A stretch of DNA of 64,000 bases from NCBI GenBank assembly GCA_004322365.1, contig SCTS01000005.1, positions 3,697-67,696 of the forward strand, read 5' to 3'. Positions 36,181-46,234 of this stretch are shown here, piece after piece (position 1 is the first letter of the stretch; every line of letters begins with the position of its first letter). This stretch comes from Patescibacteria group bacterium. GTDB lineage: Bacteria; Patescibacteriota; Minisyncoccia; Phycocordibacterales; Phycocordibacteraceae. A program made the position numbers and the translations under genes. The notes beneath the pieces are model-generated. The model saw nothing but the letters and a program-made list of their open reading frames with translations, had not been told where the DNA came from and ran no database searches.

Positions 36181-37104
36181 TTATTTTTTATTTTTTTCAA
36201 AAATTCTGAGTTTAGCACTTCTGGCGCGAGGGTTCTTTTTCCTCTCTGCCTCACTGGGCACAATGGGTTTTTTGGTAATACGCACACCAATGTCAGCATC
36301 TTCTGCTTGTCGAAATGCATGCTTCACAATTCTGTCTTCAAGACTATGAAATGAAATGACCGCAAGTCTTCCTTGTGGCGCTAAAAGATCCAACGCTTCT
36401 TTGAGTGCCTCTGTAAGAGCGCCAAGTTCATCATTCACTGCAATGCGAAGCGCTTGGAATGTTCTTGTTGCGGGATGAATTTTCCCATTTCTGTAAAAAC
36501 TAGGGACAGCCGAAGAAATTATGTCTGCAAGTTGTTTTGCGGTGTCGATGCTGTGGCGCCTTCGCTCTTCAACAATGACGCGAGCAATGCGTCCTGAAAA
36601 TTTCTCTTCTCCGTATTCTTTGATGATTCGTGCAATCTCTTCTTCATCCCAATCTTTAATAATGTCTTTTGCGGTATAGAGATGCTCATCACCAGAGCCG
36701 AGTGTCATCAAAAGTGGTTCATCACTTTTAAACGAGAGCCCACGCCCTCCCGCTAGTTGTTCTGAGTGCCACCCTAAATCAAACACAATCCCTTCAGCGC
36801 TCGTAATGCCTGCACTTTCTGCAAGTGCTTTGATGTTACGAAAATTTCCTTGTACATACATAACCTTTCCTGATGCATCGCTCAGACGTTCACGAGAACG
36901 AGTTAAAGAGTTTTCATCAAGATCAAGAACCAGCAAAGTTCCCTTCTTACCTAATATCTTTGAAATTTTTTCAGAATGTCCGCCAGTTCCTACCGTTGCA
37001 TCTATCGCAGTTGCCCCTGCCTTCAACAGCAAACCATCCACAGTCTCATCCAAAAGAACCGTCTCGTGCTTTACCTCTTTGGTTGCTGTATCTGTTTTGT
37101 TCAT
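36181..37104 (-). CDS. rsmH: 16S rRNA m4C1402 methyltransferase
   Basis: H..VL, D.T.G.GGH, FQALRI.VN.EL, FHSLEDR and NPRARSAKLR motifs. Confidence 0.97.
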   Translation of the reverse strand: MNKTDTATKEVKHETVLLDETVDGLLLKAGATAIDATVGTGGHSEKISKILGKKGTLLVLDLDENSLTRSRERLSDASGKVMYVQGNFRNIKALAESAGITSAEGIVFDLGWHSEQLAGGRGLSFKSDEPLLMTLGSGDEHLYTAKDIIKDWDEEEIARIIKEYGEEKFSGRIARVIVEERRRHSIDTAKQLADIISSAVPSFYRNGKIHPATRTFQALRIAVNDELGALTEALKEALDLLAPQGRLAVISFHSLEDRIVKHAFRQAEDADIGVRITKKPIVPSEAERKKNPRARSAKLRIFEKNKK

Positions 37105-37131
37105 TTTCTTTTCTGTTTCTCTAAACGCTTC

Positions 37132-37566
37132 CTAAATCACTCCTATCTCCCCCAACTTCGCAGCCATTGCATCTCCTTGCGACTCAATCTGCTCTTTGTA
37201 CGAAGCCCAGCGCTTCTTATCCCAAACTTCAATGCGGTCATTCACACCTGCAAGTACGACATCGGTTTTGAGAGTCGCAAAATCTTTCAAGTAATCAGGA
37301 ATAAGAATGCGTCCTGCAGAATCAACATCAGCCTCCACTGCACCCGCAAGCATGAAGCGATTAAAACCTCGCGTATCTGATGAGCCTATAGAAAGCTGAC
37401 TAAACTTCTCTGCAAGTTTTTTCCACGATGCTACTGAGAAAACAAAAAGACAGTGGTCGAGTCCTCGAGTAACGATAACGGTCTTACCAAGTTCTTTACG
37501 AAAGCGAGCCGGAAGTGAAAGGCGTTTTTTAGGATCAAGTGTGTGTTGGTATTCGCCAATGAGCAT
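37132..37566 (-). CDS. mraZ: Transcriptional regulator MraZ
   Basis: GEY.HTLD.K.R and D..GRILIP motifs. Confidence 0.96.
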   Translation of the reverse strand: MLIGEYQHTLDPKKRLSLPARFRKELGKTVIVTRGLDHCLFVFSVASWKKLAEKFSQLSIGSSDTRGFNRFMLAGAVEADVDSAGRILIPDYLKDFATLKTDVVLAGVNDRIEVWDKKRWASYKEQIESQGDAMAAKLGEIGVI

Positions 37567-37601
37567 GAAAATAAAGGGGATTTTGTGGCTCAAAACTTAT
37601 A

Positions 37602-37672
37602 TGCCACTTTGTCCCACTTACTTCGTATTATATGCCACTCTGCCCCACTTTATGTTTACTTATCCCCACTTG
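37602..37672 (-). promoter_or_regulatory. MraZ binding boxes
   Basis: Five AGTGG(G/C) boxes on the minus strand upstream of mraZ, in about 10-bp-phased pairs. Confidence 0.75.
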
Positions 37673-37771
37673 GAACAACTAGGTTTTAGGTGCGAGGTGC
37701 CAGCTTTCAGGTAAAAAAAATCCCCACCAATGGCAGGGATTTTAGTTTTTCTTAGGAGCTACAAAAATGTA

Positions 37772-39370
37772 TTAGGAAACCTCTTTGAGGCGAGAAATCA
37801 CGAAATCCCTATCCAAAACACTAAGAAACCAGCCGACTTTAGGCCCGTGATCCTTCCCTAAGAATGCTTGGTAAATAGCTCCAAAGAAAGCTTTTGGCTC
37901 TATGGCATGTCGCTTTCGTATCTCATGGATTTCTGTGTGGAGCTGTAAACCGTCGAGCTTTTCATGACTCTCTATGAAAGTGAGCAATTCCAACAGCGTA
38001 CCCTTTTGCTCAGCAGATAAATTCTTTGCAGATTCAGGAACACTATCCATTGAAAGTGAAAATTTAAATTCATCGGAGGCTGATTTCTCCAACCAAATTT
38101 TGGCGTACTTTGCTCGAAGCTCAAGCTCTTCTCTATCAAGAGGTGTTATTGCCTCTCCCTTCAGACGAAGCGCCTCAGACTCTAAATCAAGGTGAGGCAT
38201 CTGCACGAGGAATGCTACTTGCGAGAATCTCGGAAGAAATCGCTTTCTACTTTTGAGCACTGCCCGTTCGACTGGTGTATGAACATATTCAAATAATCGT
38301 GAATCATCATCAACGATTCCTGACCAATACTTCTCCGCAAGAGTGTCATAGGTATCAAATAACACTGGAATAGTGTCACCAGCTGGATCAAAGTTAATTT
38401 GCTGATTCATGTCTTTTCCAAAAAGTGCGAGTCTAAATATTTGCGGAGGTAAAAGATCAACAATCTCACGCGCCGAGGATCCTGCACCTTTTGAAGAAGA
38501 CATTTTCTTTCCACCCACCAAAAAGAATTCATTTGGTACACCGAATGGTTCAGGGTATTCAAATACTTCTTCCGAAATACGGCGCGCAACATCACGCGAA
38601 CCGCCTTTTGAATAATGATCCTTCCCTCCGCCCTCAACATCAACACCTATCACTTTCCACTTTGCTGCCCAATCAAGCTTCCATAATAGTTTTCCGTTTC
38701 CATTGAATGGAGAAATCTTCCCGGAGTGGGCACACCCTTCAGTCCACTTCACTGCCGTTGGATAGCACGTATAGGTTACTTTTTCACCATCGAATGCCGT
38801 CACTTTTGTAGTACTCATTTTCCCGCAACTCTCGCAAATAACCTGGATCGGAAACCAATCGGCTGGACGAGGTGTTCCATATATTTCTTGATAGATCTTC
38901 CGAACAGTTTCTACTTTATTAAGCGCCATAGTTATGACACCGTTCATTTTTCCCGACACATACAACTCGCTTGCACGGTAAAACTCAGGATTGAATCCCG
39001 CCCCATGAATTGCCGAAATGTAATCACTTGCAACGTCTTCAGCAAAATTTGGCGCAAGCGAACCCTCTGGCGCTGGAATCTTATAAAGAGGCTTCCCCAT
39101 TTCTTTTTGATACACCGATGCATCTAAGTACACGGGGAGTCCGTCCATTGGATCAAAATCGTTTATTTCATATTTAAAAATGTTTGGAACGCCCGCTTCT
39201 GTAAGTCGCTCTGAAATAGCAGCGTGGAGTGCAAGTGCACGCATAGAGCCAACATGTACTCTCCCTGAGGCAGTTTTTTCATCACGAACTGTGAGCGTAT
39301 CGCCAGACGCTATTTTTTCTTTGAGCGAATTTTCTAGTTGTTCGTATACCTTATCAAGCCAGAACATCAT
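37772..39370 (-). CDS. lysS: Lysine--tRNA ligase, class I
   Basis: SGRVHVGS (HIGH), GKL.WK.DW, GKDH, KMSSS and GPK.G motifs. Confidence 0.95.
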   Translation of the reverse strand: MMFWLDKVYEQLENSLKEKIASGDTLTVRDEKTASGRVHVGSMRALALHAAISERLTEAGVPNIFKYEINDFDPMDGLPVYLDASVYQKEMGKPLYKIPAPEGSLAPNFAEDVASDYISAIHGAGFNPEFYRASELYVSGKMNGVITMALNKVETVRKIYQEIYGTPRPADWFPIQVICESCGKMSTTKVTAFDGEKVTYTCYPTAVKWTEGCAHSGKISPFNGNGKLLWKLDWAAKWKVIGVDVEGGGKDHYSKGGSRDVARRISEEVFEYPEPFGVPNEFFLVGGKKMSSSKGAGSSAREIVDLLPPQIFRLALFGKDMNQQINFDPAGDTIPVLFDTYDTLAEKYWSGIVDDDSRLFEYVHTPVERAVLKSRKRFLPRFSQVAFLVQMPHLDLESEALRLKGEAITPLDREELELRAKYAKIWLEKSASDEFKFSLSMDSVPESAKNLSAEQKGTLLELLTFIESHEKLDGLQLHTEIHEIRKRHAIEPKAFFGAIYQAFLGKDHGPKVGWFLSVLDRDFVISRLKEVS

Positions 39371-39450
39371 CCAATCCTAAGCTAAAGAGGCTTGATATAC
39401 AAGAAAATTCTCCCAACAGGGAGAATAATAAACATCTATTATTAAGAAAA

Positions 39451-39636
39451 CTAATTTTTCTTTCCGCTCTTTGCTTCTCTATCTAATTTTTCCTGCCGTT
39501 TCTTCTTCCACCCTGTTTTAGTCCATTTTGGAAAGCCGTCTATTCCTCCTGCTGTTTCAGCCTTCGTTACTTCAACGCCCGTAATGTAGAAGGTCTCGTG
39601 ATTTTGTTCTATGCCCATGGACTTAAGAAATCTCAA
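39451..39636 (-). CDS. Small hypothetical protein
   Basis: ORF between greA and lysS. Confidence 0.35.
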   Translation of the reverse strand: MRFLKSMGIEQNHETFYITGVEVTKAETAGGIDGFPKWTKTGWKKKRQEKLDREAKSGKKN

Positions 39637-40114
39637 TAACCGTGTACTCCTGCCTTCCGCTTGGAGTTGAAAAAGTAAATGTCTCGCCTTTCTTTTTGTT
39701 CATCATCGCTTCACCTAGAGGCGAGAGGTGAGAAATTTTGTGCTGACGCATATCTGCTTCCTCACTTCCTACAATGGTGTATGCATGTTCTCCCTTATCG
39801 CCTTTTTTGCGAATCGTAACTGTTGAGCCAAAACCTGCAACTCCTTTTTTCTTTTCTGAAATAATGACCGCTGATTTTATGATGTGCTCGAGCCTGCGAA
39901 TGCGCTCTTCCGTCGCTGCCTGTAATTCACGCGCTGCCTGATATTCAGCATTCTCTGAAAGGTCACCAAGAGAACGAGCGTACTCAAGGCCTTCTGCGAT
40001 TTCCCTTCTTGCAACGGTAACTAAACGCTCGAGCTCCAACTTTAATTCATCAAATTTTTCCTGAGAGAGAAGATTTTGTTCTTCTGATTGATCACCTTTT
40101 GTACGTGCTTTCAT
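39623..40114 (-). CDS. greA: Transcription elongation factor GreA
   Basis: GDLSENAEY and IS..SPLG motifs. Confidence 0.96.
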   Translation of the reverse strand: MKARTKGDQSEEQNLLSQEKFDELKLELERLVTVARREIAEGLEYARSLGDLSENAEYQAARELQAATEERIRRLEHIIKSAVIISEKKKGVAGFGSTVTIRKKGDKGEHAYTIVGSEEADMRQHKISHLSPLGEAMMNKKKGETFTFSTPSGRQEYTVIEIS

Positions 40115-40239
40115 AGTGGTATGCGATATTGTAAGTGGCATTGCAAAAATACGCAATGCCCACCAAATAGACCGAATTCTAAGTAGAAAATCGTACCTCT
40201 CTTTCTCTTCTTTTTAATCTCACTCCCGCCATCTGACAC

Positions 40240-41967
40240 CTACTTAACCATCTCTGGTCTTTCGCTAACGATAAAACGCAACACTTCTCCCATCACGGCA
40301 GGTGCCCCTTGCGGTGTCCCTGCCTTTGCGCGTTCCATCACCACCGCAAATGCATAGCGTGGATTTTCATACGGGAAAAATCCAACAACAAGTGAGTTGA
40401 TGGATTCTTTGCGCGCACCAACTTCTGCAGTCCCCGTCTTTGCAGCGGCGCGCACACCGGGAACTGCAAGCGCTTGTGCCAAACCTTCCGTAACAGCGAG
40501 CCGCATACCTTCGCGAACAATCTGCAAGTTACTAGAACTCACTGCAACATTTGTATGCAGTCCCGTTTGTCCTGCCTCAATCACTGGTGTAACTAACATG
40601 CCGTCGTTTGCAATCGCTGCAATGCTCCGAACTAACTGCATCACCGTTACCTGAAATCCGTACTGCCCAATTGCTGTATGGTATGTGTTTCCAAGAAACC
40701 ACCGCTCTCCATCAAACATATTTGCTTTCCACTCTGGGTCTGGAACCGTACCAAATTCTTCACCTGACATTGGTACGCCTGTTTCTTTTCCAAAACCAAA
40801 CATACGCATGTACGTATCAATTTTTGCAATACCAAGTCCTGCCTGATCTTGATACCCGCCACCTATCGCGTAGAAATAAACATCAGACGACACTGAGAGC
40901 GCCTTGCGAATATCAACCCACCCATGTGCTTTCCAATCTTTAAAAACAGAAGGCTTGGAAGGATCATACGGATTAGGAATGGAAATTGATCCAGTCGATA
41001 AAATTTGCTTGGTGGGACTAATGATGCGCTCTTGGAGAGCGGCGCTCGCCATAAAAGGTTTTACCACTGAACCTGGCGTGTAGAGCCCTGAGACTGCCCG
41101 ATCAAGAAATGGTGAGCGATCACTGGCAAGAAGTTTTGCAACAGCATCTTTAGGTGAACCGCTCGACATAACTTCAGGATCAAACGACGGATAACTCACT
41201 ACCGCTAAAAGTTCCCCTGTTTGTACATCCATAATCACACCCGACCCCCCGCGCCATTTTGATTCTTCAGACCGATGTGCAATAGCTTCATGCATTGCCT
41301 TCTGAAGACCTGCATCAATAGAAAGACGAATGTCACTCCCCGTCTTTGCGGTGCGCACCATACTGCCCGAAACCACATTTCCCGATGCATCTGTTTCAGC
41401 AATACTGAGGCCATTCGTCCCAGAGAGTGCCTCGTCATACAAAGATTCAACTCCAACGACACCTGCCGTGTGGTCTTGGTACCAATACCCATTTTGATCC
41501 GCTTTTGGATATGACACATACCCCACCAACACTGACGCAGAAGAACCAAAAGGATATTTCCTTGTTGCAAAAAGACCGAGAGGCGCATCTTTTTTTGTCG
41601 TTGAAGAAGCAAGTGTTTCTGATATTCCTACAGTATTACCTGCCAAGACTACCCCGGTCCGATCAAGAATAAGACCACGGTCAGCAATAATTACTGAATG
41701 TGCAAGTCGATTAGCTTCAGCGCGCGCAGATAGAGACTGGTATTGGACAATCTGTAAATTAATCAGTGCTCCTATAAATATGACCCCAACAAGCAATGTT
41801 ATAGAAAAAAAACCAGTGAATACAGAAGTGCCTACAGGCCTCTCAATTCTTCCTTCGAGCCTTGAAGTATCAAACGCAGGTAAGTTTGCTGCATCAATAA
41901 GAATTTCGTCAGGTTCAATTTCCTGATATCGTTTTTTTCGATTAAAGATGCGACGAAACACAGTCAT
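40240..41967 (-). CDS. mrdA: Penicillin-binding protein 2
   Basis: PGSVVK, SSDVYFY, IGQ and KTGTAE motifs; follows mreBCD. Confidence 0.9.
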   Translation of the reverse strand: MTVFRRIFNRKKRYQEIEPDEILIDAANLPAFDTSRLEGRIERPVGTSVFTGFFSITLLVGVIFIGALINLQIVQYQSLSARAEANRLAHSVIIADRGLILDRTGVVLAGNTVGISETLASSTTKKDAPLGLFATRKYPFGSSASVLVGYVSYPKADQNGYWYQDHTAGVVGVESLYDEALSGTNGLSIAETDASGNVVSGSMVRTAKTGSDIRLSIDAGLQKAMHEAIAHRSEESKWRGGSGVIMDVQTGELLAVVSYPSFDPEVMSSGSPKDAVAKLLASDRSPFLDRAVSGLYTPGSVVKPFMASAALQERIISPTKQILSTGSISIPNPYDPSKPSVFKDWKAHGWVDIRKALSVSSDVYFYAIGGGYQDQAGLGIAKIDTYMRMFGFGKETGVPMSGEEFGTVPDPEWKANMFDGERWFLGNTYHTAIGQYGFQVTVMQLVRSIAAIANDGMLVTPVIEAGQTGLHTNVAVSSSNLQIVREGMRLAVTEGLAQALAVPGVRAAAKTGTAEVGARKESINSLVVGFFPYENPRYAFAVVMERAKAGTPQGAPAVMGEVLRFIVSERPEMVK

Positions 41968-41976
41968 ATTACTATT

Positions 41977-42234
41977 TTATTCTGAAAGAGTTCGGTGAAG
42001 ATACCATGAAAGTATAACGAGCATGAAAAAAAGTGCTGTGTAGAGATATTGGAATCCTCCAAATGGAACCATTGGTGCACCAAACACTACATCCATACAG
42101 AGACCCCCAATAATGACGAGTACGCTAGCTTCAAAAAGTGAAAGCAAAAGAATACCCAAAGTTACAGTGAGCCACCAAGGACAGAAAAACACACTCGCGA
42201 AAAACGCCACACTCAGTCCTATGCGGGCAATCAT
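41977..42234 (-). CDS. Small membrane protein, truncated MreD-like
   Basis: GL..D..FG motif; position after mreC. Confidence 0.55.
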   Translation of the reverse strand: MIARIGLSVAFFASVFFCPWWLTVTLGILLLSLFEASVLVIIGGLCMDVVFGAPMVPFGGFQYLYTALFFMLVILSWYLHRTLSE

Positions 42235-42998
42235 CGGGTAGGAATAATTCGAATAAAATCAAGTTCAGAAAATGAAAATGGAATGGTGAATCGTATTGTT
42301 TGAGATACATCACGCACCTCGGCAGAAATACTTTGAACAACGCCAGCAACGAGCGACTCAGTTGCAGGGAATCGCACCGAATCTCCTAGTGCAACTTTTA
42401 CACCTTGAGGAACAGAAACTTCAAACGCGCCACCGCCCAAACCTTTGGCTACTGCAACCGCGCGTGGATCGCCCAAAATGACATCGTGCGAAACACCTGA
42501 ACTTGAAAACAAAGTCACTGTCGCACTACTGCTATCAACAGCACTAATGCGCCCAAGCACCACACCTTGATATATAGCCACATCATTTTCATTGATACCG
42601 CCCGATTTCCCTACATCAATGAGGAGTGTGTCGTAATTTGTTCGAGGAGGTCTCGCAATAACACGAGCAGTAACGCCATAGGGAGTTGCCACTGCACCAG
42701 CAGAGTCACGAAGTGATGCATTTTCGTCCGCAAGGAGACTATAGAGAAGTGCTTGGTACCGTATGCGTTTCAAATCAGCATCGGCATCGCTCAGGCGAGC
42801 GATGAGTGCATTTTTCGACAGTGCACTATACTCATCGGCCTTCGCGCGAGGAGCTACAACATTTGCCACAATTCCCCTTGTGAACGAGCCAATGCTTGAA
42901 CTAAAAACAAACACAATAACCAAACTTGCTAACGCAATAGCGCCAGTAAGAAAATGGAGTCGTGTTTTAGAACCCCGCGAGTACGCCATCATCGTCAT
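42231..42998 (-). CDS. mreC: Rod shape-determining protein MreC
   Basis: TM, EN..LR, ARVI.R and ID.G...GI motifs. Confidence 0.88.
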   Translation of the reverse strand: MTMMAYSRGSKTRLHFLTGAIALASLVIVFVFSSSIGSFTRGIVANVVAPRAKADEYSALSKNALIARLSDADADLKRIRYQALLYSLLADENASLRDSAGAVATPYGVTARVIARPPRTNYDTLLIDVGKSGGINENDVAIYQGVVLGRISAVDSSSATVTLFSSSGVSHDVILGDPRAVAVAKGLGGGAFEVSVPQGVKVALGDSVRFPATESLVAGVVQSISAEVRDVSQTIRFTIPFSFSELDFIRIIPTR

Positions 42999-44028
42999 CG
43001 ACTAATACTGCACGATATTTTTCAACGTCTTCGAGCACAATGCCAGTTCCACGGACAACCGTAGTCAACGGGTCATCGACTACATGAATAGGTACCTTAA
43101 GCTCTGATGCCAAAAGTTCAGGTAAACCTCGAAGTAAGGCGCCTCCACCCGTAAGGAAAATACCGAGACGCATCACATCAGAAACTACTTCTGGTGGTGC
43201 AGTTTCAATAACTTCTTTTATTGCTTCAACAATCGAAATAATAGAGGAACCAGTGGCTTCTCGTATATCTGCATCAGTAATAACAATTTCACGAGGAAGC
43301 CCTGTCACCAAATCACGGCCTCGAATGTGTGTTTCTAGAGCGATTGGTAACTTGATTGCCGAACCAACTGCAACCTTTACATCCTCAGCGGTGCGCTCAC
43401 CAATTAAAATTTTAAATTCGCTACGAATGTAGCTCGCAATATCATCATTCAAAACATCTCCTGCGATTCGAATATTCTTTGCACGAACTATTCCACCCAA
43501 AGACATGAGCGCGATGTCGGTAGTGCCTCCACCTATATCCACCAACATAGTTCCTACTGCGCTCTCAACAGGTAATCTGGCACCTAAAGCGGCAGCCATT
43601 GGCTCTTCAATAATGAGCACCTCTCTCGCACCAGCATTTTTTGCAGCATCTCTGACGGCGCGAATTTCTACATTGGTAATACCTGAAGGAACACCAATAA
43701 CAACACGGGGTCCTAATAACATTCGCTCCGTTTGTGCTTTTTGAATCAGATAGGTAAGCATTTCTTCGGTCACTTCGAAATCAGAAATAACACCCTCAAC
43801 GAGGGGTCTAATGGCAGTGATGTGTGTCGGAGTCCTGCCAATCATGTCTCTCGCAGAAGCTCCTACAGCAACCACTTGTCCAGTTTTCTGATTCAAAGCA
43901 ACCACCGATGGCTCAGTGATGACAATGCCCTTACCTTTCAAATACACCAAAGTATTCGCAGTACCGAGATCAATACCGATATCCTTTGAGAACCGCTCTG
44001 CTATTTTTCGCGGTAATTTAAAAGCCAT
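42967..44028 (-). CDS. mreB: Actin-like MreB
   Basis: IGIDLGTANT, EPMAAA, DIGGGTT and TGGGALL motifs. Confidence 0.96.
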   Translation of the reverse strand: MAFKLPRKIAERFSKDIGIDLGTANTLVYLKGKGIVITEPSVVALNQKTGQVVAVGASARDMIGRTPTHITAIRPLVEGVISDFEVTEEMLTYLIQKAQTERMLLGPRVVIGVPSGITNVEIRAVRDAAKNAGAREVLIIEEPMAAALGARLPVESAVGTMLVDIGGGTTDIALMSLGGIVRAKNIRIAGDVLNDDIASYIRSEFKILIGERTAEDVKVAVGSAIKLPIALETHIRGRDLVTGLPREIVITDADIREATGSSIISIVEAIKEVIETAPPEVVSDVMRLGIFLTGGGALLRGLPELLASELKVPIHVVDDPLTTVVRGTGIVLEDVEKYRAVLVDDDDGVLAGF

Positions 44029-45271
44029 AATTTTGAGTTAACAGTGCCCGTTTTGATACCGTCTTTTTTAGCCCATCAACGCGTCGCACAATTTCAAACG
44101 AGCCTTCGGTCGACTGTCGTCCTACCACTATGCGGTACGGCATACCCAAAAGGTCTGAGTCTGCAAATTTCTCTCCCGCGCGCGTATCTCGCTCATCGTA
44201 CAAAACCTCAACGCCAACAGCCTGAAGTTCTTCATATAAAGAATCCGCAAGCGCGCGTATTTTTTCATCTCCTTGTGAGAGCTCAACAAGATGAACATCA
44301 AACGGTGCAATAGAAGCAGGCCAGACAGTTCCCTTCTCATCACATAACACTTCCACCACGGTGCCTAGTAGTCGTCCTACGCCTATGCCGTATGAGCCCA
44401 TGTGTACCTGTGCATCTTTCCCGTCTTTGTCTTTGTATTTGAGACCAAGAGCATCAGCGTACTTCGTGCCGAGTTTAAAGATGTTACCCACTTCAATAGA
44501 TTTTGCTTCTACCAACTTATTGCGATCAAGCGATAGCTCTTCAAGTACTTCCTCCGTCATAACTTCATCGTTCACTGCAATCCGCTTTTCCGTGTCTATA
44601 TATATAGTGTCTTCGCCTGCAGTTGATACTGTCTGGAACTCGTGACTATATTTTGAAAATACTCCACCTGACGCAAATGTCAGGTAGGTAATATCACCCA
44701 AGCCAACACGGCGGAATATATTTTCATAGGCAATACCTACTTCCTTATAAAATGCATCAAGTTCCTCTTCTGAACGACAAAATGAATACAAATCTTTCAT
44801 TACAAACTCACGCCCGCGCATGATGCCGGATTTTGTACGAAGTTCGTTCCGAAATTTTGATTGAAAGTGGTACACATACCGAGGTAAATCACGGTAGCTC
44901 GATACCTGCATGGCAACGGCTTTTGTGATTGGCTCTTCATGCGTAAAAGAAAGTCCAAGCTCCCCTCCTGATTTCAGTTCAGTCTTAAACCAATTATCTA
45001 TTTTTTTATCATCCCATCGATCAGTTGCTTTCCACAATTCAGGATTCTGCAAAACTGAAAAAGAAACTTCCTGTCCACCAAGTGCATTCATTTCTTCTCG
45101 AATAATGTTTTCAATTTTTTTAAAAACACGAAGTCCGAGTGGAAGTAAATCGTACACACCAGCCATCTCCTTGTGAATGTAGCCACCTCGAATCAGAAGT
45201 TGGGCATTCTCAGAAACCTCATCTTTTGGGGCATCCTTGCGGGTTTTAGTAAAGAGATGTGATTGCTTCAT
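44018..45271 (-). CDS. proS: Proline--tRNA ligase (short form without INS editing domain)
   Basis: THEE, KFRNELR..G..RGREF.MKD.YSF, EVGNIF.LG and MGSYGIG motifs. Confidence 0.95.
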   Translation of the reverse strand: MKQSHLFTKTRKDAPKDEVSENAQLLIRGGYIHKEMAGVYDLLPLGLRVFKKIENIIREEMNALGGQEVSFSVLQNPELWKATDRWDDKKIDNWFKTELKSGGELGLSFTHEEPITKAVAMQVSSYRDLPRYVYHFQSKFRNELRTKSGIMRGREFVMKDLYSFCRSEEELDAFYKEVGIAYENIFRRVGLGDITYLTFASGGVFSKYSHEFQTVSTAGEDTIYIDTEKRIAVNDEVMTEEVLEELSLDRNKLVEAKSIEVGNIFKLGTKYADALGLKYKDKDGKDAQVHMGSYGIGVGRLLGTVVEVLCDEKGTVWPASIAPFDVHLVELSQGDEKIRALADSLYEELQAVGVEVLYDERDTRAGEKFADSDLLGMPYRIVVGRQSTEGSFEIVRRVDGLKKTVSKRALLTQNYGF

Positions 45272-45288
45272 TCTCGAAATAGTACAGC

Positions 45289-45624
45289 CTAAAAGAGCTT
45301 TCCGCCAACAATGGCAGAATCATTGCTTGGGACAACAAGAATTGCCTGCCCTTCTGAATCAGGCACACCGAGCGTCAAACACTCCGAAACAAAAGGTCCA
45401 ATTTGCCGAGGAGGAAAATTGACTACACCAAGAACCTTCTTGCCGAGAAGCTCTTCTTTTGTGTGATGCTTCACGAGCTGTGCGGATGAATGTTTGATGC
45501 CAATGTCGGATCCAAAATCAATCGTCAACTTATACGCAGGTTTTCTTGCTTCAGGAAAATCATCCACTGCAATTATTTTTCCGACCCGAATGTCTACTAT
45601 TCCCAAATCATCTATTGTGGCCAT
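45289..45624 (-). CDS. csaA: CsaA/Trbp111 tRNA-binding protein
   Basis: DIRVG.I, FPEARKPAYKL.IDFG and VNFPPRQIG motifs. Confidence 0.92.
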   Translation of the reverse strand: MATIDDLGIVDIRVGKIIAVDDFPEARKPAYKLTIDFGSDIGIKHSSAQLVKHHTKEELLGKKVLGVVNFPPRQIGPFVSECLTLGVPDSEGQAILVVPSNDSAIVGGKLF

Positions 45625-45634
45625 AAAAATTTAA

Positions 45635-45916
45635 TTAACTTTCTAAGGTTGTAATTTTTCTCTGAGCTTTTTCTATTGCTCTTTCAAGTCTTCTTTTCTT
45701 TATCTCCGTAAGTTGTATAGAGTACGGAATCAGGTGGAGATTTTTTGAAGCGTCACCCGCGTCTCTCCATACTTCATACTGACATTTCTTTTCTTCGCAC
45801 ACACTTACTGAGATTCGCAAGTTCCGGACATACTCACGGAGTCGCTGAACTCTCTGCTTCGAATTCTCTTTTTTTCTTCTCTCGCTTCGGTTTTTTCTCT
45901 GCTCTAACGAACTCAT
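45635..45916 (-). CDS. Basic coiled-coil hypothetical protein (93 aa)
   Basis: Start reassigned to MSSLEQ, downstream of the T-box terminator. Confidence 0.55.
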   Translation of the reverse strand: MSSLEQRKNRSERRKKENSKQRVQRLREYVRNLRISVSVCEEKKCQYEVWRDAGDASKNLHLIPYSIQLTEIKKRRLERAIEKAQRKITTLES

Positions 45917-45934
45917 ACAATTTACTACAATTAA

Positions 45935-46190
45935 TAAATGCCCCTCATTCCCTTTCGGGAATGAGGGGCGAGAATATCGCGGTACCACCCTTCTTTGTTC
46001 TTTAGAGAATTTTTACTATCGAGCGAGAGAGGGGGAAGAAGAACTTTTTTTCTTCCCCGAACGAGCGCTGAGAGCAAAAAATACCTCCTAGGTATTTTTT
46101 ACGGTTTCCTTTTCCGTCGCACTTATATCCACTGTGGAATTTCGTGCGCAGCTTGTTTGGCTGGGTACCAAACTCAAACGCCTGTATGTA
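45935..46190 (-). ncRNA. T-box riboswitch (Pro specifier CCC, ultrashort Stem I)
   Basis: AAGGGTGGTACCGCG T-box at 45978-45992, antiterminator partner CGCCCCT, terminator at 45940-45969, Stem I at 46150-46183 with loop TACCCAG, Stem II at 46118-46148 and Stem IIA at 46101-46117. Confidence 0.85.
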
Positions 46191-46199
46191 ACTAAAACT

Positions 46200-46227
46200 A
46201 GTGTACCAAAAGAAGCGGGAGTGTCAA
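46200..46227 (-). promoter_or_regulatory. Promoter of the T-box/proS operon
   Basis: TTGACA-N16-TACACT. Confidence 0.7.
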
Positions 46228-46234
46228 AAATGAC

